Assembly: GCA_011109175.1 (NCBI GenBank)
Contig: RDEW01000027.1
Span: 333,772 to 397,771, forward strand
Source of the DNA: Dicyema japonicum
Lineage: Eukaryota > Animalia > Dicyemida
Direction: 5' to 3'
DNA length: 64,000 nt
Positions 24,954 through 37,432 of the stretch are shown here, piece after piece (the first letter of the stretch is position 1; each line of letters opens with the position of its first letter). The position numbers were made by a program, and so were the translations under genes. The notes under the pieces were generated by a model. It ran no database searches and was not told the DNA's origin. It saw only the letters and a program-made list of their open reading frames with translations.

Positions 24954-25025
24954 TGGAGACGCCGGGAATCGAACCCGGAACCTTCCGCATGCGAAGCAGA
25001 TATCATACCATTAGACTACGTCCCC
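24954..25025 (-). tRNA. tRNA-Ala(CGC)
   Basis: Acceptor GGGGACG/CGTCTCC with the G3-U70 Ala identity pair; anticodon arm TCTGC-TTCGCAT-GCGGA; T-loop GGTTCGATTCC. Confidence 0.93.
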
Positions 25026-25574
25026 GTTTTAAAGCTAAAACAAAATAGGTTCATTAAATGAGAAGTCAGGATTTCGTGAGCATTCTTTCTGATCACTGCC
25101 ATTTTGATCCTCTGTCTCAATCAATTTTTTTATCGGAGTACTCTTCAAGCCGAGTTTGTCTTTGTCTAATATCAGAGAGACGGCGTCCGTCATTACTCTC
25201 ATCCCACAAAAATCTGATGGGTCCTGCCACGAATGGCCTGAACTCTTTCTTCACTGGGGAGCTTATTCATTCAGTGAATTATCAGTAAGAAACCAAATCA
25301 CAACCTTTCATACGTAAAGTCGCTATTCCAAAGTTAAAATCGTCAAATAAAGTATATCTAGTTCCCACGGTCGTTATGTAACCTAATCTTCACAATCAAC
25401 ATATCTATCTATCCATAGTGGGAACTCTTCCGGTTGAATAGAAAAGAGATTTTTTTAATGATGGACAGGCATTTACTGTCTCCTGAGACAGATCCTTTTT
25501 AATGTTGATCATCACTGATGTCTATTAGGATTCGAAAAAAGCTCACAGCAGGACGTAATCCTTCGACCGTGTAA

Positions 25575-25640
25575 AGGGCGGTGTGAGAATCGAACCCACA
25601 GATAGTCTCGACTCTAACGACAGCACTAACCATTATGAAT
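25575..25640 (-). pseudogene. tRNA-like relic (A and B boxes, no acceptor stem)
   Basis: TAATGGTTAG..GTGGGTTCGATTCTCAC. No 5' partner for the 3' acceptor strand. Confidence 0.3.
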
Positions 25641-25659
25641 TTGTGTTATTTATTTATGT

Positions 25660-26000
25660 AGAACCCCGGGATCACCGAGAAAGAAAGACAGAAAAACGTC
25701 AAACAATTAGGTAATCCCAGTTCTCACAATTAATCGAGCCATCCAACGTCTGTTGTTTCCCATTGTTCCACTACAGAATCTCACGCAACAGTGGCATACT
25801 CCACAGTCACGATAGTTTGTCGGTAAAGTGTTGCAGCAGGATCATCCAAATTCAAAAGAGTCCTCCGGACAAGCGCGCGTAAAACGTTTAACTTCTGCAG
25901 GTCTTTAGTAAGGACTTTCTTCGCATGAAAGTTGAAATTCAGCAGCCTATCGAACAGTAATCCAAGAATTGAGTAAGACCTTGTTACTGGTATCTGGACA
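25660..26000 (-). mobile_element. LINE 3' fragment (copy of the 3440-4030 family)
   Basis: Reverse complement aligns with 3450-3640 and 3915-4025. Confidence 0.75.
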
Positions 26001-26108
26001 GGATCAATGAATGTTCTTGGATTTTCTTTTGGACGATGTATGATTTTTCGGAATAAATCGTTAGTCGTTGGCAGTCAACCAATCGTATAAATTAGTTATG
26101 ATCAAAGA

Positions 26109-26255
26109 TTATGTTATGTTATGTTGTCCAATTTAGTCGTGTCCGACCTTTGGAGATCTCATGAACGAGTTTCTTCCACTTTCCCCGATCCGTTGCAATT
26201 TGGAGTAGCCCTGATATAGGCATTCCCTTGACGTCTTCCATGATCAGAGATTACT
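26109..26255 (-). mobile_element. RTE-clade retrotransposon 3' end with microsatellite tail
   Basis: IMEDV..LLQIATDRGKWKKLVHEISKGRTRLN followed by (ACATA)x3, the DR..W..VH...K.R.RL terminus typical of RTE/BovB elements. Confidence 0.7.
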
Positions 26256-26359
26256 CTTCAATTATTTTAAAATTAATGAGTTAAAATCTAAATTGTTATT
26301 TTAAAATTAATGAATTATTAATTTGAAATTTCGCCAAGTTTCTAAAAATCTGTTTTGTT

Positions 26360-28079
26360 ATGTACGAATGTTCATTTGATGATATTCAAGAATTTATAGG
26401 AAATTCAGACCAAAATACCCAAAAAAACACAGGTTGATAACTCCGTACTATTTCAGAGCTCAAAAATGACACGAAATCCGTCGACGTGTCTGAGTTTTTC
26501 CCCGAAATTAGCGATGATGAAGAAGCTCCGACTGATTCTTCTGTAGTTTCTAAAATTTCCGAAAACAAATTAATCGACAAACTTATTGGACTGAAAATTT
26601 CGTATAAACGAACAAACTAATTTCAGGAACCCAAAGATATCTTACACGATGTTGTCTGACCTTTTTTCCGGCAAGGAGCTTTATTCCCTTAAACGACTAC
26701 AACGAGAGACCAATTTTACAGTTGACTGGATTACCGCCGCAGTATTGACATACAAATCACCACCAAGGACGTCGAAAAACGTATTTTAATTCATTAACAG
26801 TTAATTTAGGGCAAACCCTTTTGGATTTGGAAGCTGAGTGATCTGGGGGTCGACGAAGTCTCGATTAATCTGTGTTTATTTTCCCTCACCCCCGCAGCAG
26901 ATAAATCTGCCTGTGAGAAGTGTAATTGCTGTTTTGAACCCGGAACCCATAAGGCAGGTTTTATCTGACTTTTTATCTCCCAGAATGGTGAGTTCCCTAG
27001 TTTTACTGTGGATAACTACAAAAAAGTTCTTTATATCGGACAGTCGACAGACTTTGGGTTCTGCAAGGGCACGACTGCCAAAGGAGGGACCTGTAAGAAT
27101 GTCATTAATAAGTTTTGTCCCTTAGTAATTTCTCGGTAGATCTCACGGACAGTTCTGTGTCTTTCACGTGCAAAAGAATTATAAGAAGCTCTCCGCTGTT
27201 AGATCAGAACTGCAATGCAAGTTGATTATAGTGATTATTAGGCAGAATGAGCGGATCTCTATGTAGATCCAACAAACGGATCGGGGACAAGAGGGTTGAG
27301 AGAATGCCACCACCGAAAAAGTCAGGAATCCTCAATTTGTTCGTTTCTCCTTAATTTTTAGTGAAAATGCGGTCTCTGGATTCACTAATGTTGTCTCTAG
27401 AAGGACTCGTGATTTGATGTCTTCGCTTTCCAAAGAAACGGTGAAACCACCAGAGTCCCCTAGAGAAGATGAAGTGCGAAAAGTGTCTAACCCTCCCCTT
27501 AAATCAGAAATTCCCAGATTGAACGGAGGAGTAGCCCAAGGAAAAATAATTCTGGAAGACGTTTTCGGATCTGCATGGAAAGACGCGAAGAATGCCAAAT
27601 CTTCGAATCAATCTGCGAGTGACAAATTCGAGGACAATCAACTGAACGGTCTTTTCAAAATGTTGGGAGACCGCGAGGCTATGGAGAACAAGATGTCCTC
27701 ACATATGAAAAGAAGTGTAATGTGGTCACATGCGCTACAGTTTGAGTCGTTGTATTCATCTTTAGTGCAACTACACAGCTGTGGGGCAGTCGAGTCTCTG
27801 TTTTAAGTTGGGACACTCTGTGAATCGCCATGAGACTGTTATGCGATTTTTCACGTGCAGGAACTGTTCGTCTGGGTATACACAAAGTTTTGATAAATAC
27901 CCGACTGAGGCATGCAAGTGAGTGTGTTTCGATATTTTAGGATCTGTAAAGCTGTGTCTTGGAAAAAAAACTCAATGTTCTCAACCATGGTTTCCGTGGG
28001 GTTGTTATTGTAGAAAAATAAGAATAATATCAAAGATGAGACTCTTCAGATTACTGCGAATAACCTTTTTAACTCCTAA
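26360..28079 (+). CDS. MCM10: DNA replication licensing factor MCM10
   Basis: DWITAAVL..K..GKPFWIWKLSDL (OB fold); IGQSTDFGFCKG..GGTCKNVIN...FCVFHVQK.YKKLS..RSELQ (CCCH zinc finger); C-terminal KC.VVTCATCNYT..H..RFFTC. Two 1-nt frameshifts (26889-93, about 27699). Confidence 0.9.
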
Positions 28080-28169
28080 TCTTTTTCTTATTGATATTTT
28101 TATTTGTTTAAGAAATTCAAAGGCCATTAATCAGTTTATTGGAATTCACAGGGAAAGGAAAATAACCAA

Positions 28170-28370
28170 CTCGAAACTATGCAACATTGCCAGAATTTGT
28201 CTACAAAAGTTGGAAGGTGGAAACTGTTTGGTCACATTCTCTGGTTGGACATTGATGCTCCAGCAAATGATTTCAAAGATGTGTATTTCAATTGCTATGG
28301 AATCGGTGGCTTCCATGGAAGACCAACAACTAGCTCACCCATAGTTTTGAATAGGACCTCTAAAAACTGA
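28170..28370 (+). mobile_element. RTE-like retrotransposon C-terminal fragment
   Basis: WKLFGHILWLDIDAPAN...YF..FHGRPTTS resembles the LFGHILR..PA..RGRP.T motif. Confidence 0.5.
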
Positions 28371-28864
28371 GGACGATCTAGACACACTAAGGACGAAGGG
28401 TAGGAATAGAAAAGATGGATGAGATTAACACAACGGTCAACAAATGAATGCGTCACAAGAGAAAACTCTAATTATTGTTTACTATTAATAATGAAGACCA
28501 CCGAGAAAGATGTCAAATCCAACTAATTATTTTATCCCAAAATTTAGTAACTTTTCTACAATCCTCGAGTGCTCCGTCAGTGATCCCGTCGCAGTCCAGA
28601 AATGTCTCCTCTAATTTCTCCAAAGGAATTCAATCGGGATTTTATCCTTTGAGATTGATCGAAATTTTTCAGTTTAGAAAACCTTTTCCCCAAAGGGTTT
28701 TTTTACAGAAACGTTTTTTTCCGACTCCTCTGAAAGAAGAGTGCCAATTGTTACTGGTTTTTCCGTCGTAGTAAATTGAATGCTCAATTCTCGAGGAAGA
28801 AAAAATAAATCTCCAGATGGAGCATGCTTATTCGATGGTAAAGGAATGACGATAAGACATGCTG

Positions 28865-31706
28865 ATTATTAATACTTAAGCCAAAGAAACACCGTCTTAA
28901 CCACTAACTAATATTCAGGTGATCCCGGCATCTCTCAAAAATCGGGCCATCTTTTCTCGATGCTCCAACGTGACCCCACACACTTTCTATACGGACGGGA
29001 ATCTTTTTCCTCCTCTTTTGAAATTGCCTCCAGTTGCCTCTATGATAGACTCGAATGCTCTGGGGGCAATTTCTTTATCTGTATATTTTTCAAGTAATTT
29101 GATTGCTTTTGACTGGACCTCTTGAATTTTTATTAAGTTCGTTGCCGCCAGGTTAGATCCCCACACAGCACATGCATAGCCTATTGTTGGCTCGATATAC
29201 TGCTTGTAGAGGGTTCCGACACCTAACGGATAAATTCCTTCACAGTTCCAAAGGAAGGCTTTTACAAAATTGATCTTCTTTGCACAGGTTGTTATGATAG
29301 ATTCTACATGGGCTGAGAAGCAGAGGAAAGTATCAAAAGTTACTCCCAGTATCTTCTGCGATTTCTTTTGTGGTATAGGTACTCGATTTAACGTGACATC
29401 AATTATTTGCGTTCCCATATTTATATTCTTAGTAAATAGAGTGACTGCTGACTTTCCGGGACATGCATTTAAACGATTTTCGCACAACCATCCATATGTG
29501 TTATTTGGTTTTCCTTGTAGTCTTTCTTGAGCATCCTCGACATTTACGTTCTAGATGCGACAATTATTTCATCGGCATAAGAAAGTAGATGTCAGTATTA
29601 TTTATCGGAACGGGGAGATCATTCAGTAACAAATTAAAAGGATTGCTGACAAGGAGATCCTTGGGTACACCATTAAGTAACATTATCGATCTGGAACACT
29701 TGTTTTCGGCGCACACGTTCCTTCGGTGTCCTCTTAAGGAATTTGTTATCCATAACTTTAGTGGCGCAGCAATTTTCGTCGGAAATAATTTTTGTATAAG
29801 GGTCTTCCTTGGGACAGAGTCGAATGCTTTCTGAATGTCGATTGTACATATGACTTATTTTTCTTGTTTTGGTTTGTTCTTGTGTCCTTCAGTTATGAAC
29901 TTCATTAGTGCTGTTAGGAAGGAGGTTGTTGATAATCCTTTCTTGAAGTCATGTTGGAATGTAGGTTGTGGAGAGAAAACGAATAAGTTTTAGGACCAGT
30001 TTCTCCAGGATTCTCGACAATACACATATAAGGGAAACTGGTCTGTAAGAGCCGGGATCGTTCTTCGGTCTTCCCGGCTTCAATATTGGTCGAATTTTTG
30101 ATAGTTTCCATAAAGTCGGTATGGTATTTCATGTTCAGCGATGTGTTGTAGATGATTGTTAATGCATTTATTGATGCTGGGCCCAAGTGTTTCAGCAGAA
30201 TAAGAGGAATTCCGTCTGGGCCACATGAGTTTGTTTTTTTCTGATTTGATATTGCTTTGGATACATCTTTAGGAGAAAATAAATCAGCGGGGCAAATTTG
30301 GATGGCTTTCTCTTTATTTTCGTTTGTGTGTTAATCTTTTTATAAGGAATGTGACTGATTCGAATACAATGTTTCATATATTTATTCAGATTGAGCTGCC
30401 ATTGTTCTTTGTTATCTTCGTTTTCTGGGTTCTTCAGACGCCTCAACATCTTCCACATGTTGGAAATTGAGGTCTGATTATTCAGCAGAGAGATTCGCAT
30501 GAGTTTCTTCCTTTGGGTGTTGTTCATGCTTTTTGTGATCAGAATGTTTAGTGCCCTGATTCGATTAATGACCTCTCGTGATCGATGTCATTCTCTTAAG
30601 GGTGCTTCTTTCCATAATTATTTTCTTTGTTTTTGAGTCGTATTTTAATTATTCGTTTTTTATATATGTTTTTCTGAAAAAATTTTCTCCGTCAATGATT
30701 GTTTTGTTAAAATAGTATACAGCTCTGTCTATGTAGGAGAAATTTTCAGGATTGGAAATTTTGCAGTTTTAAATCAACAAAATTTGTAAAGCCATTCCAA
30801 TTTGCATTTTTGTAATCATAGAAATAAATAGGCTTCGGTACAAAAAGTGGCTCGCAGTTCAGTTTCATTATCATTTAATGGTGGTCACTCCGGATGTCAT
30901 AACGGATCGTCCAATTAATGATCGGGAAAGACGGCGAGCAGATTGATAAGTCCGGAGATGTCACCATGTCCTTCGTGTTGTACGGTGTCCTAGTGTTCTT
31001 TTTCGGATTGTTGATTATTATTAAGTTTTGCATTTGGGATAATAGCAGGTTTCCTCTGTTATCAGCGGACTGGTAGCGGAACCAAGAAGGGTGCTTCGCA
31101 TTCAGGTCTCCACATAAAAGCAAGTTCTCCAGTTTGTCCAAGGTAGATAGGTCAAAGAAGAAATTTTTCTTGCAGGAGCCCGGAGGAGGAACATAGACAT
31201 TCGCAATTTCAATTTTTCCAATGGAAGTTATACAGAGATTCCAATTAGCTCCGTATTCGAGTTTTCGATCAGACTCTTGTATGGAGAAGGGTTCTCAAGG
31301 TATTTTATTCCTTTTCTTACAAGAGTCAGTAGACCCCCTCCTTGGCCAGATAGACGGTCGGATCTTATTGTATTGTATCCATTAAAGAGAGGAGTAGGAA
31401 TGTTTTCTGAAAGCTTCGTTTCCTGGAGAAGGCAGATATCTACTCTGTTCCTCTCCAAGAATAAGGAAAGTTCGGCAATCTTTCCTCTGATCTCGTTTAT
31501 GTTTACGCTCTGGATTGTTAACTTCTATGGGCCTGGATTTTATTCCACGTCTTGAAGTCAACAGTCTCAATCGATAGAATGTTCCAACATTGAGAGAATG
31601 CCGTCCAGTGAGAAGTCCTCTGGTTGGTAGGAGCAAATTGTTTTTTTAGATATAGTTTAGGACTTATCCGACGCCACCAGAAACGGTGAACCACATGACA
31701 CACGCT
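28865..31706 (-). mobile_element. Full-length decayed single-ORF LINE (about 2.85 kb; 2A-like motif, APE, RT; no RNase H; Ingi/Vingi-like)
   Basis: Order: 5' head; DVE*NPGP; NINEIRGK..DICLLQETKL; GGGLLTLVR; LLCGDLNAKHPSW; TSPDLS; SDH; GPDGIP; WK; DIQKAFDSV; GVPKDL; SYADE; KILGVTFD; LYKQYIEP; then a short 3' UTR with hairpin and TAA-rich tail. Confidence 0.92.
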
Positions 31707-32320
31707 ATAATTCAAATATTAATTTGTGTTTAACAAAGATGTGGTAAAACATTATATCTGTCGCTAATTTTCTCGAATTTATTGGTCACTCCTTCCCGAA
31801 AGTATCTACGGTTGTTTCTAACTGGAGGTCGTTGGGGCTGATGCCTGAAAAGAGACCGCTCATTTTCTGATCGTGACATGATTGAACAGAGGGGATTTCC
31901 TATTTCTTGACAGTACCGGAGAAATCCGAAGTCATTTCTTTGTATCGACGACTCTGACAAGCGAGTGTCTAGGCTAGGGTCTGTTTGACTTCGTAAAAGG
32001 CGCAGTCTTCTCGTTAACGACATGAATTTGTCCAACGACGAGGCAGAGAGTGCAGATATCCAGGAGGCACAGGATATATTCATCGACAGTAAAAACAATT
32101 GTTTGTCCGTATAATTCGCATGTGCAGCCTTTTACTGGGTACGGCCTTTTCATAGCAATTCCCTTGGGGACATTCAGCTTCTAAAGTCCTTTAGTCAAAT
32201 TTTGATCGCCTTGCCTTGTGAAGGTCATCATTATGTCGTAAGTCACTCGAAGAATTTTAGGATTCATTGAAGTGGTAATAGGCACATATCCCAGGCAGAC
32301 CTCGGGGACATCTTTGTAGC

Positions 32321-33339
32321 GGTAACCAGAAAATTCATCTAAAACAATTCGTCTAAATCGTCATGTTTGTCTAATGACAATTAAATCATTTTATTCAATA
32401 TTTTTGCTAATATTTGAACAATTTTTTGGTAATATTGGAACACATTTATTTTGATGTCTAATGTTGCGTATTGTCCTTTTAAGACTTTGAGTTAATGGCA
32501 ACTTAAGTGCTGTGGTACAAGAACAGTCTTCTAAAGCATTCAATATGACTGATTGTGGCGGATCATTTGTCGTTTTTGCCAGATTTCGTATTTTTAATAT
32601 TATTTTTGTTGCTTCATTCTGTGCAGCATCAATTATATGATTGTGATCATAAGATTTCTAATAATTTGTTCATTTAAAGTCCTTCATTATCATGGACGAA
32701 AATCGAGGACGTTCAAAATAAGGCTTTCAGAATGACGGAGCGGTGGTCTTGTGGGAGACACAGAACCGGACCGACTACTCTGGAGGCCCTCATTAAACAA
32801 AACTCCGGCATGCGGGAAGGTGGCCCTGCAAATACAGTCAGCCGCCCTGTACGAGCTTGTGTGGGTACGAGGGAGGAGCACCGGGAAAGAATGAGGATTT
32901 TGGCGGAGCTCATCGGGATCACGTGATAGTTAGTTTTGGTTTTACCGTGGTCTTGGGTGTTAAATAAATAATAAATAAAATTCTTGATCGACACTTTGTT
33001 TTATGGTATTCTTGGCATTTCCAATATACTACATTTTTATTCTTGTTGTTTTAGTAATAAGCATATCTGTTAAGAATTATTTTTTGACTTTTTTCAGATT
33101 CAATGAACTGAGGGATCATTTTAAAATGTAATAAAATATCTAATTTTACAGTTATAAATAATACTTTTACGCATTTAGGTTAATTAAGTAGGTCTTAGGT
33201 AATTTCAGTAAAAAATGAGATAATCTTTGGATTTAAATAGATCGAACGTGCAAATTAGGCGAGTTGTTATTAGACAAACATGATGATTTAGACAAATTGT
33301 TAATTATACGAATTGTTTTAGACGAATTAACCGTGAACC
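32321..33339 (-). mobile_element. Internally deleted Mutator-like element (MULE) with FLYWCH transposase N-terminus
   Basis: 9-bp target duplication CTTTGTAGC (32312-20, 33340-48). Imperfect TIRs (aattc.tctaaaacaattcg..tctaaatc.tcatgtttgtctaat). VYWKCQEYHKTKCRSRI..HNH..LP..SLKRTIRNIR. Confidence 0.9.
32704..32976 (+). mobile_element. 5'-truncated LINE insertion inside the MULE
   Basis: Ends gggatcacgtgatagttag..accgtggtcttggg..taaataaataataaa. Flanked by AAAAT (32699-703, 32977-81); removing it rejoins MULE codons R-S-R-I-F-V-H. Confidence 0.85.
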
Positions 33340-34413
33340 CTTTGTAGCAATGATTCGACGTGAATAGAGTGAAGGTAGATTTGATTATTAGACATACAGT
33401 TTATTGCGTGAAAGGCAATTCATGATACGATCAAGGTAAGCCAGAATTACTGCGGTTTCTAAGGAAGGCGATTTGTTCCTAGAAACGATAATAATATCGT
33501 CTGCATAGTACAGGAGTAATGTGCTCGGATCGCCAATACGGGGGACGTCATGTATGAATAAATTAAATGGGAGCCCAGTGGGACTCCATTAGGGAACAGC
33601 CGAGATCTCGATTTACTCGGAATAATCACCACGATAACTAACTTCTCTAACATCTTTGAGAGAGTCCACTTCAGGGAGATAGGATGATATGAGGAAGGGT
33701 CATATTTGGATTTTCCGGATATTAAAAAAATAACTAAATTCGTCCAAATGTTGGAGAGGGCGTGGAGATGTATATGTCCGTCAGTATCAATCTTGCGTGA
33801 GGCCCAAAGTGCCTTGGAGACATTCCATCAGAATTACAGGCACGGGAGTTCAGTAGGAAGCATGTGGTCTTCCACACTTGTTTTCCAGTTGAAAATACCG
33901 TGTTTGTAAAGTAAAAGACAGCGTAACTAAGATTGTGGTGTCGTTTAGTTAATTAGTTAAATGTACCCCCACGTTACCCATGAGCATATGGATACTTAGG
34001 GTTCCGCTTGTATTGTGCTCTTTCTCTAACTTTACTCCTCGCAAGTCTCCGCAGTTCCTTGAGGAATTCACACATAAAATCTCCTGTTTAGTGTTCCAAG
34101 AGATTCCTCTGACGTTGAAATTGCAATTGTAAACGGGGTAGAATAGACAGACTGAGAGTGGGGTAAAGATTATTGTCGAGGTGTCGACCACTCAACCAAC
34201 CAACTGTAATTAGTTAGCTAAAGCACATCCCCTGACCAGTAAACACTGTTTATGGTTTCGCTTGTGCCATGTTTTTCGACTATCCTTTCCGTTAGCCTTT
34301 TCCATCCCTTTCGCTGTGGTGCTCGATGTTGCTAATAATTATAATTATTTAATTATTTAAAAGAAAAATAATGATAAAAATAAAAATTATTTCCATAACA
34401 AAATAATTTGAGA

Positions 34414-36173
34414 ATGAGTATATCAGAAAAAACCTACACATTTAAGGAAACAGAAAAATTCGCAAAAGCAAAAGCATTTTTACAGAAAAGTTCGCCCAGT
34501 GGACTGAATTTGTAATATCCGTTGTTTATAACTCCAGATATGATCATCTATCTTCAATTGTAGCCAAAGTACTCCACGAAAGAATCGACGATGCTGTGGA
34601 TGTCCTCGAAGATTTAAGTAGAAAATGCTAAAAAGTGCAAATTCCGTCCAGAGACCGATTCAATAATTGACAAAGTCGACAGATCAAGTGAAGTTGCCCT
34701 TGCTGAAGTTCAACTTCCATTATTTAAGGTACCTTAATCGATTATATTCTTCATTTAGAGCGAGGGAGATGATATGGAAATCGAAGACGAGTCAGAATCG
34801 ATTTTGACAAACCTGATGGAGTCGTTTTACTACTTTGAGCAAATTGGGGTCGGATTTGGGCGAGAAGAAACGACAAAAATATGCTTGGCCATGAAAAAAC
34901 TGACTGAAGAATATCCTTTACAGTCGGCTAACTTTTGGGGGAAGATTTTTGGACTTGAACAGAACTACTACGTTGCAGAAGGCGAATTTAAAGAAGGGGA
35001 AGAGGAAGAAGAGGAGGAAGAAGTATAATTTTATATTTATTCAGGAATTTGATGTAGAAAGTGTGAAAGCCGAAGAAAATGAACTCGAAAACTCTGAGGG
35101 TATCACAGGTTTAAAACTGCTTAGACGAAATTCCAGAGGATGAACCCCCAAAGTCGCAATATAAGCCTCCACCGAAGGTTCCCGCGGAACCATCGAGGAC
35201 TGGGGTGAATAAGAAAATATATTTTGTGTGCAATGACCGTAGTTTAGGATTTTTTATTTTAGCCGGAAAAAGATGGATAAAGTTGCCTAATGTGACTCCA
35301 GAGCAAATCGATGTTGCCCGGAAGATCAAGAAATATTTTAGTGGGACTCTCAACACTCCCATTATGTCTTATCCTCAGTTTCCAGGAAATGAGGGAGAAT
35401 ATTTGCGGGCTCAAATAGCCAGAATTACAGCCAGCACTAAAATATCTCCTCTTGGATTCTATCACTTTGACGAAGAGGAGGAAGAAGAGGAAGAAGGAGG
35501 GGTATCTTAACGTATCATTCTAGCACGTGATAACTTTATCGAAAATCAAGATTTTGAAGGGATTTCTCCGTTCGAACTCATAGACAAGACATTGGCCAAT
35601 TGGGTCCACCATGTTTCACATATACTACCTCAGGTTTACACATTTGTCTTCATTTGTTAGGGAAGGACCACGTGGTGGAATCCAGTTCAAAAGGCTGAAG
35701 AAAATGAAGAGGAAGAAAATGAGGAAGAGGTTGAAGAAGTAGATGAACTAGAACCTGAAGTTGGGCCTCCAATTTTGACTCCATTATCTGAAGATGCCGA
35801 AATTGACTCAATGCAAGTGTGGTCCACAAAACTTCACATCAACTTTCTCCCACAATATTCGATAGCATCTGTTCATTCGAATCTCTGGCCCGGAGCTGTA
35901 AGCTATGGAACAGGAAAGTAAGAATTTGAGTGTTAAATTAGAAAATTTGGGAATATTTACGTTGGTCATGGCCATAAATATTCCTCTCAAAACTATTCCC
36001 CACCGCCTCTTCCTCCAATTATGGAAGAGTTCACAGTAGGACCTGAAGTCAGCGAAATCGAAGATCCGACAGCGGAGGAAGAAGCAGCTTTCAGAGCAGC
36101 CCAACAGGAAGCTGAAGAGGCTATGGATGAAATTGAGGAAGAGGAAGAGGAGGATGAAGAAGAAGACGACTAA
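34414..36173 (+). CDS. RSPH4A: Radial spoke head protein 4/6 (ciliary axoneme)
   Basis: [94 protein letters not shown] and [14 protein letters not shown]. Frameshifts at 34622-25 and 35509-12. Confidence 0.95.
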
Positions 36174-37229
36174 TTTAATTATCTAATCTAACGTAACATG
36201 TCCTTCAGTTAATAAAATTAACAAAATAATTTTTGTATTTTTACGGTTGAGGTGTGGCTTGTTATAAGTGCCGGGCAGATTCGAATCTCACTTTTGTTCA
36301 TTCCGGCTGAAGGTTCCATGTATCTATGATCCCCCTGGTTCGGCGAGAGACGCCATCATCAGTGATATCTCACTTAGGAACTGAATTTTCTACATGGGAC
36401 TGTAACGCAACAAAAAAAGTTGACCATTTTTTTCCTTTGGTCTCCCTTTTACCTCGTCATAGCTAGAAAGACAATCCAACCTTAGTCCTCCAGTTAATTG
36501 TCAATGGTATCAAAGAAGAGGTGCTCAATCAACGTGCCCTGATACTAATTGAGCAAATATGTGGTGGTCTACTCACTCTCTCGGAAGGGTCTCAAATGCG
36601 TAGGCATCTCCCTGGAAATAAAGGAGACTTTCTGATGATGAGGATGTTGCTAAAATCATACGTCTGGTTAAGCTGATGTAACGTGGCAGGATAACGTGAT
36701 TAGTTAGTCTGGTTTTATGTGGTTTTTGAATTTTTCATTTTCCTTAGTGTACCGTGCTGGGTAGATGGATAAAAATATTAGTTGAAGGGATCCCACCAAG
36801 TGGACAGATGTTTAACATGATTTATTTATTCTGATGGTAGATTCATTCAAGTTAGCTTAGAAATCTTAAAATTGTTTGATTTTTATTACTCTGATTTCAA
36901 ACGTTATAAAATATTGGCAAATCACTTAAAACCACTAAAACATGAAAGAATCATTATACATCAATCCGAGGCTCTGACTTCATGGCTATTCCACATCAGG
37001 AATAGCCGCTCAAATAATCAACAGCGAATATGATGCGGGTGATGTCAAAAACAAGAGGTTTACTGGTTTCAAAAAGGAAGATGGTCATCACATCCGATCC
37101 AGTCCTGAATTCTGTCTACAAACAGAACCATGCATCTCCTATACGTGTGCTTCCTGGGGTCCGCTTATCTCCTGGACAAATTACATGAAGATCGAAGCTA
37201 ACCAAAAATGACTTAAAGTTACGGAGTGG

Positions 37230-37432
37230 TTGACTTTTGGAAAGATCCTCTCTCCTAGATTTCCTAATCAATATGAACCGAGGGGGAAGCACGTGCGACT
37301 ACGAGGATTCTTTTTTACGGTCGATACGTGCTTATGTGGGCTCGAGGAGGAACATCGTGCCAGGTTGTGGTCTTTTTTGGAGCGTGGCGGGATCTCGTGA
37401 GTAGTTAGTTTAGAGTTACCGTGGTCTTTCAT
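37230..37432 (+). mobile_element. LINE 3' fragment (ACCGTGGTC-tail family)
   Basis: Matches the reverse complement of 50445-50600 (cgatacgtgctt.tgtggg.tcgagg..gggatc.cgtga.tagttag..accgtggtc). Confidence 0.75.

Larger units (their letters stand above)
31800..33660 (-). mobile_element. Decayed LINE RT region, split by a MULE insertion
   Basis: NGVPLGS and YYADDIII (33490-33600) on one side, NPKILRVTYD..MTF (32230-32270) on the other. Confidence 0.75.
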
